Below, piece after piece: positions 7,481 through 15,893 of a DNA stretch of 26,003 bases. The position numbers and the translations under genes were made by a program. This DNA comes from an uncultured Acidobacteriota bacterium (lineage in GTDB: Bacteria > Acidobacteriota > Thermoanaerobaculia > Multivoradales > JAHEKO01), in assembly GCA_963713825.1 (NCBI GenBank), contig CAVQNG010000028.1, forward strand, positions 1 to 26,003, given 5' to 3'. Every line of letters begins with the position of its first letter. Position 1 is the stretch's first letter. The notes beneath the pieces are model-generated. The model was not told the origin of the DNA. It ran no database searches and saw only the letters and a program-made list of their open reading frames with translations.

Positions 7481-8881
7481 GTGATGAAGAGAGTGTCGAA
7501 GCACCTATTGGCAGTTGCGATGCTGCTATTCCTAGGGGCCACCGTCTGCAGCGCCAACCTGATCAGCTACTCAACATGGCCGGCGCGTCGGGACAAGATG
7601 ATGGTCATGGACGAGGACGGAGGCAATCCGGTCGAGCTTCTCGTGATGAGCAAGGGCTCGTTCCCGACGGGTGGCTCGATCTCACCGGCGGGCTTGGAGG
7701 AGACCTGGATCGTCTTCAATGATCTCGAGAACATCTACAAGATCCGACCCGACGGCAGCGACCAGACCCTGGTCCTTTGCGCCCCGGGCACGAATCACCC
7801 TTTTGGCCTGGGCGATCCGATCTGGTCGCCCGACGGATCCGAGATTCTCGTCACGCCCTATGATGAATTTCATCCCTCAGCCTTCCTCGCGCTGGTTCCC
7901 GCGGACCACACCGCGGGCGACACCTGCAACAGTGAATGGACCCAGATCTATGAATTCGACCCGCCCTGGGGCCTGGATGCAGAGCCTGCCTGGAACCATG
8001 ATGGCTCCCGAATCGCCTTTACTGCATGGAAGCCATCAACCGACCCGGAACGACCCGACGGGGAAATCCAACTGGTCGTCATCGATCGTCTGGCGTCGGG
8101 GGCCTGGGAGCGTATCGATGATCCCATCCCTCTAGATTACGGCTTCTCACATATGGACTTCTCCTGGCGACCGCAGCCAGAGAGCGGTCTTCTGATCTTC
8201 CGCATGAGGGACGACTATGGCGTCTGGCTCGGTTCAATCGACCTGGCTACCGGCGACTGGGACTACGTGCTCGACGGAGGCAGTCGAATCGAGATGACTC
8301 TCGGTAGTACCCCCCGGTGGTCGTCCAACGGGGAGGAGATTCTCTTCACGGACCCCGAGGGCGATCTCGTTATCTGGAATTACCTCAACGGTTCCCGCCG
8401 GACGGTTGGCTCGGGTACCTGGGCTGATTGGCAGCGGGATGTGGTCGTCAGCTCTTGTGAAACGGATTCCGAGTGCGACGACGGCAACCTGTGCACGCTC
8501 GATTCCTGCGTCGCGGGAAGCTGTGACCACGAGTCCCTGAATGGTGGCGACTGCGGCGATGGCGGCTGGTGTGACGAAGGTATCTGCTTCGAGCCCGAGT
8601 GCAGCGTCGCAGTAAATTGCGAGGACTTCAACGAGTGCACAACCGAGGAGTGCGTCGGCAACGCCTGTGTCGTGACCAACGTCGCAGCGGAAACTCCCTG
8701 CACCGATGACGGAGACTTCTGCACGGTCGACGCCTGCAACGGAGCTGGCGTGTGCGAGAGCGTCTTCGACCCGGAGATTTTCGGTTGCGAGCCAGTCTGC
8801 TTGCCCAAGGACATTCCCTGCGATACCGGGGCCGAATGCTGCTCCGGACTCTGCCACCCGAAGAAGCTGGTCTGCAAGTAG
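7481..8881 (+). CDS. Secreted TolB/PD40-like beta-propeller protein with Cys-rich CTDC-type repeats and a C-terminal knottin-like motif
   Basis: Strong RBS; signal peptide ending VCSA; PD40-like blades (DPIWSPDGSEI, EPAWNHDGSRIAF, PRWSSNGEEILF); repeats CDDGNLCTLDSC, CEDFNECTTEEC, CTDDGDFCTVDAC; terminal CLPKDIPCDTGAECCSGLCHPKKLVCK. Confidence 0.8.
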   Translation: MMKRVSKHLLAVAMLLFLGATVCSANLISYSTWPARRDKMMVMDEDGGNPVELLVMSKGSFPTGGSISPAGLEETWIVFNDLENIYKIRPDGSDQTLVLCAPGTNHPFGLGDPIWSPDGSEILVTPYDEFHPSAFLALVPADHTAGDTCNSEWTQIYEFDPPWGLDAEPAWNHDGSRIAFTAWKPSTDPERPDGEIQLVVIDRLASGAWERIDDPIPLDYGFSHMDFSWRPQPESGLLIFRMRDDYGVWLGSIDLATGDWDYVLDGGSRIEMTLGSTPRWSSNGEEILFTDPEGDLVIWNYLNGSRRTVGSGTWADWQRDVVVSSCETDSECDDGNLCTLDSCVAGSCDHESLNGGDCGDGGWCDEGICFEPECSVAVNCEDFNECTTEECVGNACVVTNVAAETPCTDDGDFCTVDACNGAGVCESVFDPEIFGCEPVCLPKDIPCDTGAECCSGLCHPKKLVCK

Positions 8882-8948
8882 GGAGGCTGCCTGGTCGAGT
8901 CGGCTCGGTTCGATATGCGGTTGAGTCACTGCCATCACGCGTTGCGAG

Positions 8949-8978
8949 CATCGGCCGGACTGCAGGGTCCGGCCGATG
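8949..8978. repeat. Perfect 12-bp inverted repeat (hairpin) in an intergenic region
   Basis: CATCGGCCGGAC-tgcagg-GTCCGGCCGATG, with no U-tract on either strand. Confidence 0.7.
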
Positions 8979-9083
8979 TCCGTCGTCGAATCGGGAGGGC
9001 CGATCGCAGCCCAAGGCGGGTCGAAGGAGTAGACTGTTCCAAGCGGGCTTCAGACTTCGGTGAAGAAGACAGGAGGTAGGGAG

Positions 9084-9761
9084 ATGCCTCGACGACACTG
9101 GAAGCTCCACGGCGGCACTGCAACGTTTGGCGTCTTGGGTTTGCTAGTGGCGGTCTGGTCCTGCAGTGGAGGCGGCGAGGGTGGTGTCGGACCCACGGCG
9201 CCGCAACCGCCATCCGATCATCCGACGTTCCTCTCCGGAAGGTACTACGGGGCGTCGAAGCTGACGTCTGTCTCCGGCTGTGGCTGCGTCGCCGAGGTCG
9301 CCCAGAACTGGCTGAGCTCGGATTCGGAGGATCCCTTCATTTATAGACAGGACCCAATCAACAGGTTCGAATGGGAGATCCAACAGCTCGATGCCGACAT
9401 CAGGGGCACCATACTTTTCTTCAATTGGAACAAGGGACTCTCCGGGCCGGCATCCTGCGAGGTCGAAGGATCGAAACCGAACTTCTTGGAGAACGACGGC
9501 CTGTTCAGCGCGAGCACACTGAGCTGTGAGGGAGCGACGATGCACGTCGAGTGCGCCAACGGCAGGGCACGAGAGCTCGAGCTCGAGGGCCTGCACTGGC
9601 AGGGGACTCTACACAGGCAAAACTATGGAAGTGACGGCGAGTGGAGCGGAACGTGGAGCTGCCGCGACTCGCAGACCGGCAATCCGGTTGGATCCCTCAC
9701 CCTTCGCGGGGAGTGGGCCATGCTACACGACGGCAACCCCGTCTGGATTGTCATAGGCTGA
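9084..9761 (+). CDS. Hypothetical lipoprotein, beta-rich, probably disulfide-bonded
   Basis: ATG 9084 preceded by AGGAGGTAGGGAG; h-region FGVLGLLVAVWS-C followed by a flexible tether SGGGEGGVGPTAPQPP; six further Cys residues. Confidence 0.7.
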   Translation: MPRRHWKLHGGTATFGVLGLLVAVWSCSGGGEGGVGPTAPQPPSDHPTFLSGRYYGASKLTSVSGCGCVAEVAQNWLSSDSEDPFIYRQDPINRFEWEIQQLDADIRGTILFFNWNKGLSGPASCEVEGSKPNFLENDGLFSASTLSCEGATMHVECANGRARELELEGLHWQGTLHRQNYGSDGEWSGTWSCRDSQTGNPVGSLTLRGEWAMLHDGNPVWIVIG

Positions 9762-9771
9762 CGGGCGATTC

Positions 9772-10083
9772 TCAGGAGTCCCTGTTTCGCCTCATGAGGC
9801 GGATCAGCACCTCTCTCCAACTGGAGGCGGGCCAAGGGAAGGGGGCTGGTGGGCTCGAGGAAAGAGAGGGCAGAGGTGCGCTCTTGGGATAGACCTTTGC
9901 TGGCGAATGGTCGTCGCTCGTTCCGTCGTGCCGAAGCAGCTCTTCCAGGAGCTCCTCGATGGTATCGGGTGGAAGGGTTGGAAGCACCTCGCTGAACCAA
10001 TGCTGGACGGCTTCGATATTGGTGGGGTCCACCTCTCCATAGCGCGCCGCGATGTCTACAAAGGCTCCAATCGGGGTCGGCAT
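9772..10083 (-). CDS. Small acidic helical hypothetical protein, partner of the upstream GNAT-like gene
   Basis: GAGGT RBS; 14 bp downstream of the 10098-10790 gene; protein-like sequence GAFVDIAARYGEVDPTNIEAVQHWFSEVLPTLPPDTIEELLEELL. Confidence 0.7.
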   Translation of the reverse strand: MPTPIGAFVDIAARYGEVDPTNIEAVQHWFSEVLPTLPPDTIEELLEELLRHDGTSDDHSPAKVYPKSAPLPSLSSSPPAPFPWPASSWREVLIRLMRRNRDS

Positions 10084-10097
10084 GTAGTTACCTCACG

Positions 10098-10790
10098 CTA
10101 CCGAAGCGGATCTAGGCTCCGGCTTGCCTCGAGTGCGGCGTCAACCGTGTAGTAGCAGTAGCGACCGTCACTAGGCTTGATCAGTCGCCTCGGACTGCGA
10201 GGCAGTCTCTGGTCGGCAGGTAGTGCCGTCATGCCCCGACTCTCATACCAGTCCAGAAGGACTTCACCTCCATCCTCGTCGGCGTAGAGAGCTGTTCGTC
10301 CGAGGTGTCTCTTGTTGAACGAATGGGTGACCGCCGTGTCGAGGGCAAGGCTCCCCAGGCGCTTGGGGAGTCGGTCCTCGGACAAAGGGTGGCCCTCGAT
10401 CGTCAGCAGGGCCTCATCCGGTGCTGTAGACATGAACCAGACGAAGGCGCTCTTCTGTTTCGGGGCGTTCAAGGCCGGGTATCGCCCCAGAAGTTGCACG
10501 AGTGCACAGGGAATGAAGTGGCCCGCTTCTTCAGCGCTAATCCCAACCGTGTAGCCGGCAGGTTGGCGCGCCATCACACCGCCAGCGACCGTAGCGAACG
10601 GCACATAGAGCAACCAGTTCCAGTCCCGATCCACCCGGTCTGGGTCTCGATCGATGATGGGCTGCACGTGCGAGTGCCACCACCGCACATGGGGAACAGT
10701 CATGTGGGCAACGCGAAGGTTCACCGGCTCACCGCTTCGGGTGGGAGCCCGGCGGACGAAGCGCGCTCCTTTCCACCGTCTCAGATCCAT
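10098..10790 (-). CDS. Divergent GNAT-fold acetyltransferase-like protein
   Basis: Motif order D-x-x-W-x-W ... FVWFMSTAP (beta4) ... PKRLGSLALDTAVTHS (motif A-like helix) ... GRTALYA ... LLDWYESRGM (motif B, FY..GF-like). Fold assignment is by eye. Confidence 0.6.
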   Translation of the reverse strand: MDLRRWKGARFVRRAPTRSGEPVNLRVAHMTVPHVRWWHSHVQPIIDRDPDRVDRDWNWLLYVPFATVAGGVMARQPAGYTVGISAEEAGHFIPCALVQLLGRYPALNAPKQKSAFVWFMSTAPDEALLTIEGHPLSEDRLPKRLGSLALDTAVTHSFNKRHLGRTALYADEDGGEVLLDWYESRGMTALPADQRLPRSPRRLIKPSDGRYCYYTVDAALEASRSLDPLR

Positions 10791-10937
10791 GGCAACAACT
10801 CGGTCCCAGCTAGCTTATCGGAGGTTGGAGCCGATCGGCTCGAGGGCTCCAATACAATTGGGATCAGGACCCGTGCAGAGGATTCACATGGCATCGGGAC
10901 GCCCAGGGCTCGAAGCCCGAAGGGCAGGTTGCGAAGC

Positions 10938-12275
10938 TTGATCTCCAAGCTCTACTGGAACACCTACACTCTCTGGCATGCCCGGCGAGAGGCGAGGCTG
11001 TCGTATTCCCCGGTGGATCAGATCCTGGCCATGCGGGATCAGCGCTTCAGAGGGATGGTGAAGCACGCCTACCGGACCGTGCCTTTCTATCGGGATCTTC
11101 TCGACGACCTTCGTCTGGTGCCAGGGGATTTTCAGACGGCCGGCGATCTTTCGAAGCTGCCGGTCATCACGGGACAGGATCTTGCGAGTGATCCTCACGG
11201 TTTCCTGTCCAGCAGGTACTCGGAAGAGAACACCCTGGAGCTGAGCACGACCGGCACCACCGGACAGTTCAAGCGGATCTTCTTCGATTCGGCAGCCCTC
11301 TTTCAGGCGCGGGCGGCAGGGTTGCGGAAGCGGCAAGTCATTGCCCGATTGCTGGGGCGGTCTGGCACCTATCGGGAGCTGGCGGTCGCCCGGGAGGGAG
11401 GGACCTTCCCAGTGATCAGGGACTTCTACCGAGATCGATCATGGACCCCACAGCGGTTCGATTTGAATCGAGAGTCGATCTCCCCGGCCGATTCCTTCGC
11501 GAAGAACATCGAGGTGATCAATGCCTTCAGACCCGAGGTCATCATCGGTTTCGGGGCCTACATCGGGGCGATCTTCCGGTTCGCATCGGAGAACGGTCTC
11601 GAGGTGTTGCCGCCCAAGGTGATTCAGTACGGGGGGGACATGCTGCCCCCTCCTGAGAGGCGGCTGCTCGAAGAGCATTACGGGATTAGGGTTGTCTCGG
11701 CTTTTCAGGCCTGCGAAGCGCTGAACGTCGCGTTTCAGTGCGAGGAGGGGAGTGGATTCCACATCAGTCTCGACCAGGTCGCCGTAAGGGCCGTGGACGG
11801 TCAGGGGCAGGATGTGCCAGAGGGCACTTCTGGCGACCTGGTGATCTCGAACCTCACCAACCGGGCTACGGTCCTGCTGAACTACCGACTGGGAGACCGA
11901 GTGACCCTGGCCAAGGAGCCCTGCCCGTGCGGTCGGACCCTGCCCTTGATCGAGACTCTCGATGGGCGGGCCGAGGACCTCATACTGCGACCAGGGGGTG
12001 AGCGGGCTCACGAATCGGTGATCCTGTCGCAACTCTACGATGCGCCCGGGCTGCTGCTGCTCCAACTGGAGCAGTTGGCACTGCAAGAGTTCATCCTGAG
12101 GGTGGTCAGTCGGCGGGAAGTCGAGTGGTCCGAGACCGAGGGCTATCTCGACAGCACCCTGCGCTCGGTACTCGGAGCTGGGGACGACCTCAAGGTCACC
12201 ATCGAGCGGGTCGACGATATTCCCTGCGAGCCTTCTGGCAAGTTCAAGGCGATTCGATCGGCCTGCACGCCGTGA
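10938..12275 (+). CDS. Phenylacetate-CoA ligase family (PaaK/CapK-like) adenylate-forming enzyme
   Basis: HAYRTVPFY, LSKLPVI, STTGTTG P-loop, LVISNLTNRATVLLNYRLGD, CPCGR, DGRAED, PSGKF. The track start at 10305 overlaps the opposite-strand gene. The real start is probably TTG 10938 or 10929, or ATG 11031. Confidence 0.85.
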   Translation: MISKLYWNTYTLWHARREARLSYSPVDQILAMRDQRFRGMVKHAYRTVPFYRDLLDDLRLVPGDFQTAGDLSKLPVITGQDLASDPHGFLSSRYSEENTLELSTTGTTGQFKRIFFDSAALFQARAAGLRKRQVIARLLGRSGTYRELAVAREGGTFPVIRDFYRDRSWTPQRFDLNRESISPADSFAKNIEVINAFRPEVIIGFGAYIGAIFRFASENGLEVLPPKVIQYGGDMLPPPERRLLEEHYGIRVVSAFQACEALNVAFQCEEGSGFHISLDQVAVRAVDGQGQDVPEGTSGDLVISNLTNRATVLLNYRLGDRVTLAKEPCPCGRTLPLIETLDGRAEDLILRPGGERAHESVILSQLYDAPGLLLLQLEQLALQEFILRVVSRREVEWSETEGYLDSTLRSVLGAGDDLKVTIERVDDIPCEPSGKFKAIRSACTP

Positions 12276-12299
12276 GCGCTTTGCGCTGGGTGCGGTTCT

Positions 12300-14783
12300 C
12301 TAGTCGGTGCGGAGTGCGGCCACCGGATCGACCGTAGCGGCCCGGTGGGTAGGGACGTAGGCAGCGAGGACCGCTGCCAGGACCAACACGACGGCGCCGC
12401 CTGCGAGGCTCAATGGGTCGGTGGGCTCGACACCATAGAGGAGCCCTCGCACCAGACGCGTCACCCCGAAAGAGACGACCAACCCGACCACGAGGCCGAA
12501 GAGGACCGGCGTCAGGGCGCGGCGGAGGATGAGTCGGCCGACGTCGGAGCGCTTGGCTCCGAGGGCCATGCGGACACCAATTTCCCTGGTCCTGCGACTC
12601 ACGGCGAGGCTGACCACGCTGAAGATGCCGATCGCCGCCAGTGCCAGTCCGAGAAAGGCGAGGGCGGAGAACATCTCGGCATTCATGCGCTGGGTGTAGA
12701 GAAATCCCCTCACGACCTCGGTGTAGGGCAGCACATTGACGATGGCGAGATAGGGCTCGAAGTCGCGCAACCACCTATGGAGGAGGGGCAGCGAGCTGGC
12801 TGGGTCGAGTTTCGTAGTGACCAGAAGTGCGCTTCCCGTTGGATAGCGATGCTGGGCATAGGGGAAGTAGACCATCGCCGGAGCTGCAGCGAGAAAGTCC
12901 TCGGGTTTGGCGTCGCGCACGACCCCGACGATCTCGAACTCGCGCTCAGGTCCCTCCACCATGTCGTCGTTCCACCAGAGTCGCCCGCCCACCGCCTCTC
13001 TACCGGCGAAGAACCGGCGGGCGAGCTCTTCGTTGATCACCGCCACGTCCGGGGCGTCGGCGGCATCGGTGTCGAGAAAGCTCCGCCCATCGAGCAGCTC
13101 GATCTCGAGAGTGGCAAAGAACCCGGGCACCACTCTCGACTGAACGATGGAGACGAGCTCGTCCTGGCCTTCCACCCGCATTTCGGCTGAGGCCTGGCCT
13201 GAAAGGGGAGCGTTTTGCGCGATGGTGACGGCGTCGACCCAGGGCTCTTCGGCGAGCCGCTCCCTCAACTCGTCGAAGAACTGCTCCCGCCCTTCGGGCT
13301 CCAACTGCGTGCTACTCGTGGAGATGTGCGTCCCAACGAGGTCTTCGTATGAGAAGCCGGGATCGATGTTGCTGACGTTGGAGAGTGTTCGGACGACCAG
13401 GCCCGCGACCACTAGAAGCACGACTGAGAGGGCAACCTGGGAGGCGACCAGCAGATCGTGAAGGCCAGGCAAGCGGAGACCCCACAGCCGATGATGTCCA
13501 CCTCCCGACATGACCGAGTCGGTCTGGAGTGTAGGCATGAGGTGTCGACCAGAGGCGCGCAGTGCCGGTAACAGCCCTGCCACGATTCCGGTGACGATTG
13601 AAATAGCGACCGCGAAGATCACGACGCGCCAATCGACAGAAACCTCTCGCGAGACGTTGGCCCCCCAGACACTGGGTCGCGCGAAGTAGGAGCCGAGCCT
13701 CGTGGTCAGCGGACCGCTCAACAGCAGTGCGATGACTCCTGCGATGGTCGAAAGGAGAACGCTCTCGGTGAGCACCTGCCTCAAGAGTCGGCCCCGAGAG
13801 GCGCCGAGCGCCGCCCGCATCGCCAGCTCCCGCTGCTTCCTCAAGGCTACCGACAGCAGGAGGTTCGCCACGTTGGCGTAGGTCAGGAGCAGGAGAACCC
13901 CCGCCGCCACCATCATGAGGCGCAAGGTCGGTTGCTCGGCGACACGATCCCGCGGGTCGATCCATGTGGCCGGACCCAGGCTCAGGCGCCGCGGCGCAGT
14001 CGTCCTGGGGTAGGCCTCCTCTAGTCCGGCTGCGGTCAGGGAGAGTTGCTCCAGAGCCCGCTCTGGGCTCACATCCTGCCCGAGTCGACCGAAGACCCGA
14101 ATGAGAGGAACGTTGCGATCTTCGGATGCCGCAGCCCAACTGGTGTAGCGGTCCTTGAAGGGTGCGATGGGTATCCAGACGTCGGGCCGGTTGTCGGAGG
14201 TCGAGCCCAGGAACTTCGGTGATGCGACACCCACGATCGTGAAGGGCCGATTGTTGAGATAGAGGGTGCTGCCGAGAATAGAGTCCTCGCCGCCAAAGCT
14301 GCGTTGCCACCAGGCGTGGGAAAGAACGGCTACGGGGTCGGCACCGGGCCGATCATCGTCGGCTGTCAGGCCTCGGCCGATTCCCATTTCGATCTCCAGC
14401 ACTCGGAAGTAGTCGCCAGAGACAGCTTCGAGGAAGGCCACGCCCGTCTCGGTAGCGTGCCGCACACTGGCAGCGTAGTAGGCCTGGGCTGCAGCCAACC
14501 CAGCGAAGGCGTCATCCGACGCCGAGCCGTTGGCCTCTGCGTAGTCCAGGAAGTCCAGGTAGGAGATGTCCTGGTAGGGCTCCTCTGGCTCGACTTCGTA
14601 GACCCGCACAAGGCGTCGGGCTTCTACCCCTGGAAAGGACTGTTGAAAGCCGTTGATGTAGGTGAAGACGGCGACGCAGGCCGCCAGACCGAGCGCCAGG
14701 ATGGTCACGACCACGATCGGGATGAGCGGCCGACGCCGGATGCTACGAATGGATGCACGCAGATCGTGCGTTAGCTGAGACAT
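12300..14783 (-). CDS. ABC transporter permease, duplicated MacB/FtsX type (ADOP family)
   Basis: DLRASIRSIRRRP start; two MacB-periplasmic + FtsX halves; ANVANLLL..RELAMRAALGASRGRLLRQVLTES; RRTREIGVRMALGA; RAATVDPVAALRTD end; GGAGGG RBS. Confidence 0.93.
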   Translation of the reverse strand: MSQLTHDLRASIRSIRRRPLIPIVVVTILALGLAACVAVFTYINGFQQSFPGVEARRLVRVYEVEPEEPYQDISYLDFLDYAEANGSASDDAFAGLAAAQAYYAASVRHATETGVAFLEAVSGDYFRVLEIEMGIGRGLTADDDRPGADPVAVLSHAWWQRSFGGEDSILGSTLYLNNRPFTIVGVASPKFLGSTSDNRPDVWIPIAPFKDRYTSWAAASEDRNVPLIRVFGRLGQDVSPERALEQLSLTAAGLEEAYPRTTAPRRLSLGPATWIDPRDRVAEQPTLRLMMVAAGVLLLLTYANVANLLLSVALRKQRELAMRAALGASRGRLLRQVLTESVLLSTIAGVIALLLSGPLTTRLGSYFARPSVWGANVSREVSVDWRVVIFAVAISIVTGIVAGLLPALRASGRHLMPTLQTDSVMSGGGHHRLWGLRLPGLHDLLVASQVALSVVLLVVAGLVVRTLSNVSNIDPGFSYEDLVGTHISTSSTQLEPEGREQFFDELRERLAEEPWVDAVTIAQNAPLSGQASAEMRVEGQDELVSIVQSRVVPGFFATLEIELLDGRSFLDTDAADAPDVAVINEELARRFFAGREAVGGRLWWNDDMVEGPEREFEIVGVVRDAKPEDFLAAAPAMVYFPYAQHRYPTGSALLVTTKLDPASSLPLLHRWLRDFEPYLAIVNVLPYTEVVRGFLYTQRMNAEMFSALAFLGLALAAIGIFSVVSLAVSRRTREIGVRMALGAKRSDVGRLILRRALTPVLFGLVVGLVVSFGVTRLVRGLLYGVEPTDPLSLAGGAVVLVLAAVLAAYVPTHRAATVDPVAALRTD

Positions 14784-14839
14784 GTTCCCTCCAGCCCGTC
14801 CTCCGTACTACGTAGCCTGTGTCTCGAAGTTCAAGCGGG

Positions 14840-15856
14840 TCATGAGCCTGATCTGGGCAACTGGACCCCCAACGCTTCGCGATCCTTCTCGGAGATCGCC
14901 TCGAAACGACGGGCCTCGAACTCGAGATACTGGTCCTCGGCATCGCCCTTGCCCAGGACGTAGCCAGTGACTTCCCCGAGCGCATGAAAGAGGAGGTTGA
15001 GAATGAGAGCCGGCAGGATCTTCGGCATCAGGGAGTGTTGCTGGGTCAGGGGGCGAATCTCGGGTAGGAGACGCTTGAGGCGGACGACCGGGATGAGCGG
15101 CCCACCGCAGACATAGATCAGGCGCTGGAGAGCGCCCCACTCTTCGCCTTCGACTCTAGAGCCGCCGTAGAGCTTGCCTCCCCAGAACGCTTGCAGGATC
15201 CAGGCTGAGAATCGGGAGATGTTGATGTGGTTCGTGGAGATTCCGGGGAGCAGGTAGAGGCTGTTTCCCTGTTGGCGAAGCTCGTCCTGCAGGATTCCCT
15301 CCACCGCCAGAAGCCGCGGCAGGTTCGCTTGGCGCTCCATGAGATGCTCGCGTCGGTAGGAGCTGTTGTGCCACGGGGTCTGAGGAACCGGGCCGGCCAG
15401 CCCGGCGTGGCTCCAGCGGCTGAAGCAGGCCAGGTAGTTGGTCCAGCTGAGAGTCGATCCAGGGTTGGCGTTGCGGATGATGGGGCCTACCACCGCATGG
15501 CCCTCGCGATGGGCGGCGATGATCGCCTCGGCCCAGCCCGGTTCCGGCCAGGAGTGATCCTCGCCGAACACCACCCACTCTGCCCTCGCTTCGGCAACAG
15601 CCAGAGCCTTCGCAGCCGCCAGCGACTGGATTTCCCCGACCTCGATGACCCGCAGGTCGAAGAATCCCTCCGCCACCGCAGGATCGAGCTGCAAATCCTC
15701 ATCCGAAGGGGCGACGATCAGCACTTCGAGCTCCAAGCAGGCGGTCTGGGCCTGATAGTGCTCGAGGGTCTTGCGGATTCGCTGGTAGTTGTCGATCGTC
15801 GGCAGTACGACCGAAAGGCTGGGTCGGTTTTCCGGTCGAGGGGCGGAGGACATCAT
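14840..15856 (-). CDS. Glycosyltransferase family 2
   Basis: Start reassigned to ATG 15856 (AAGGAG RBS; the track start overlaps the kinase gene). LSVVLPT..., LEVLIV, 'WVVFGEDHSWPEPGW' at the DxD position, AVVGP, NSSYRRE, C-terminal membrane-associated helices. Confidence 0.85.
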   Translation of the reverse strand: MMSSAPRPENRPSLSVVLPTIDNYQRIRKTLEHYQAQTACLELEVLIVAPSDEDLQLDPAVAEGFFDLRVIEVGEIQSLAAAKALAVAEARAEWVVFGEDHSWPEPGWAEAIIAAHREGHAVVGPIIRNANPGSTLSWTNYLACFSRWSHAGLAGPVPQTPWHNSSYRREHLMERQANLPRLLAVEGILQDELRQQGNSLYLLPGISTNHINISRFSAWILQAFWGGKLYGGSRVEGEEWGALQRLIYVCGGPLIPVVRLKRLLPEIRPLTQQHSLMPKILPALILNLLFHALGEVTGYVLGKGDAEDQYLEFEARRFEAISEKDREALGVQLPRSGS

Positions 15857-15893
15857 CGAGGCTGTCTCCTTGGCATCGGGCGGGTGGTCGAGT

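Noticed and set aside
8925-8952. Second GTCAC...CGAGCATC match resembling the putative ECF promoter at 7427-7451
   Set aside because: Spacing is 3 bp longer and the site overlaps the hairpin; probably coincidental.
10305-10937. ~210-aa N-terminal extension of the PaaK-like ORF
   Set aside because: Antisense to the GNAT-like gene; family similarity starts only after about 10940.
10938-12275. Assigning paaK / phenylacetate catabolism
   Set aside because: No other paa genes are present and the motifs are divergent; only a family-level call is justified.
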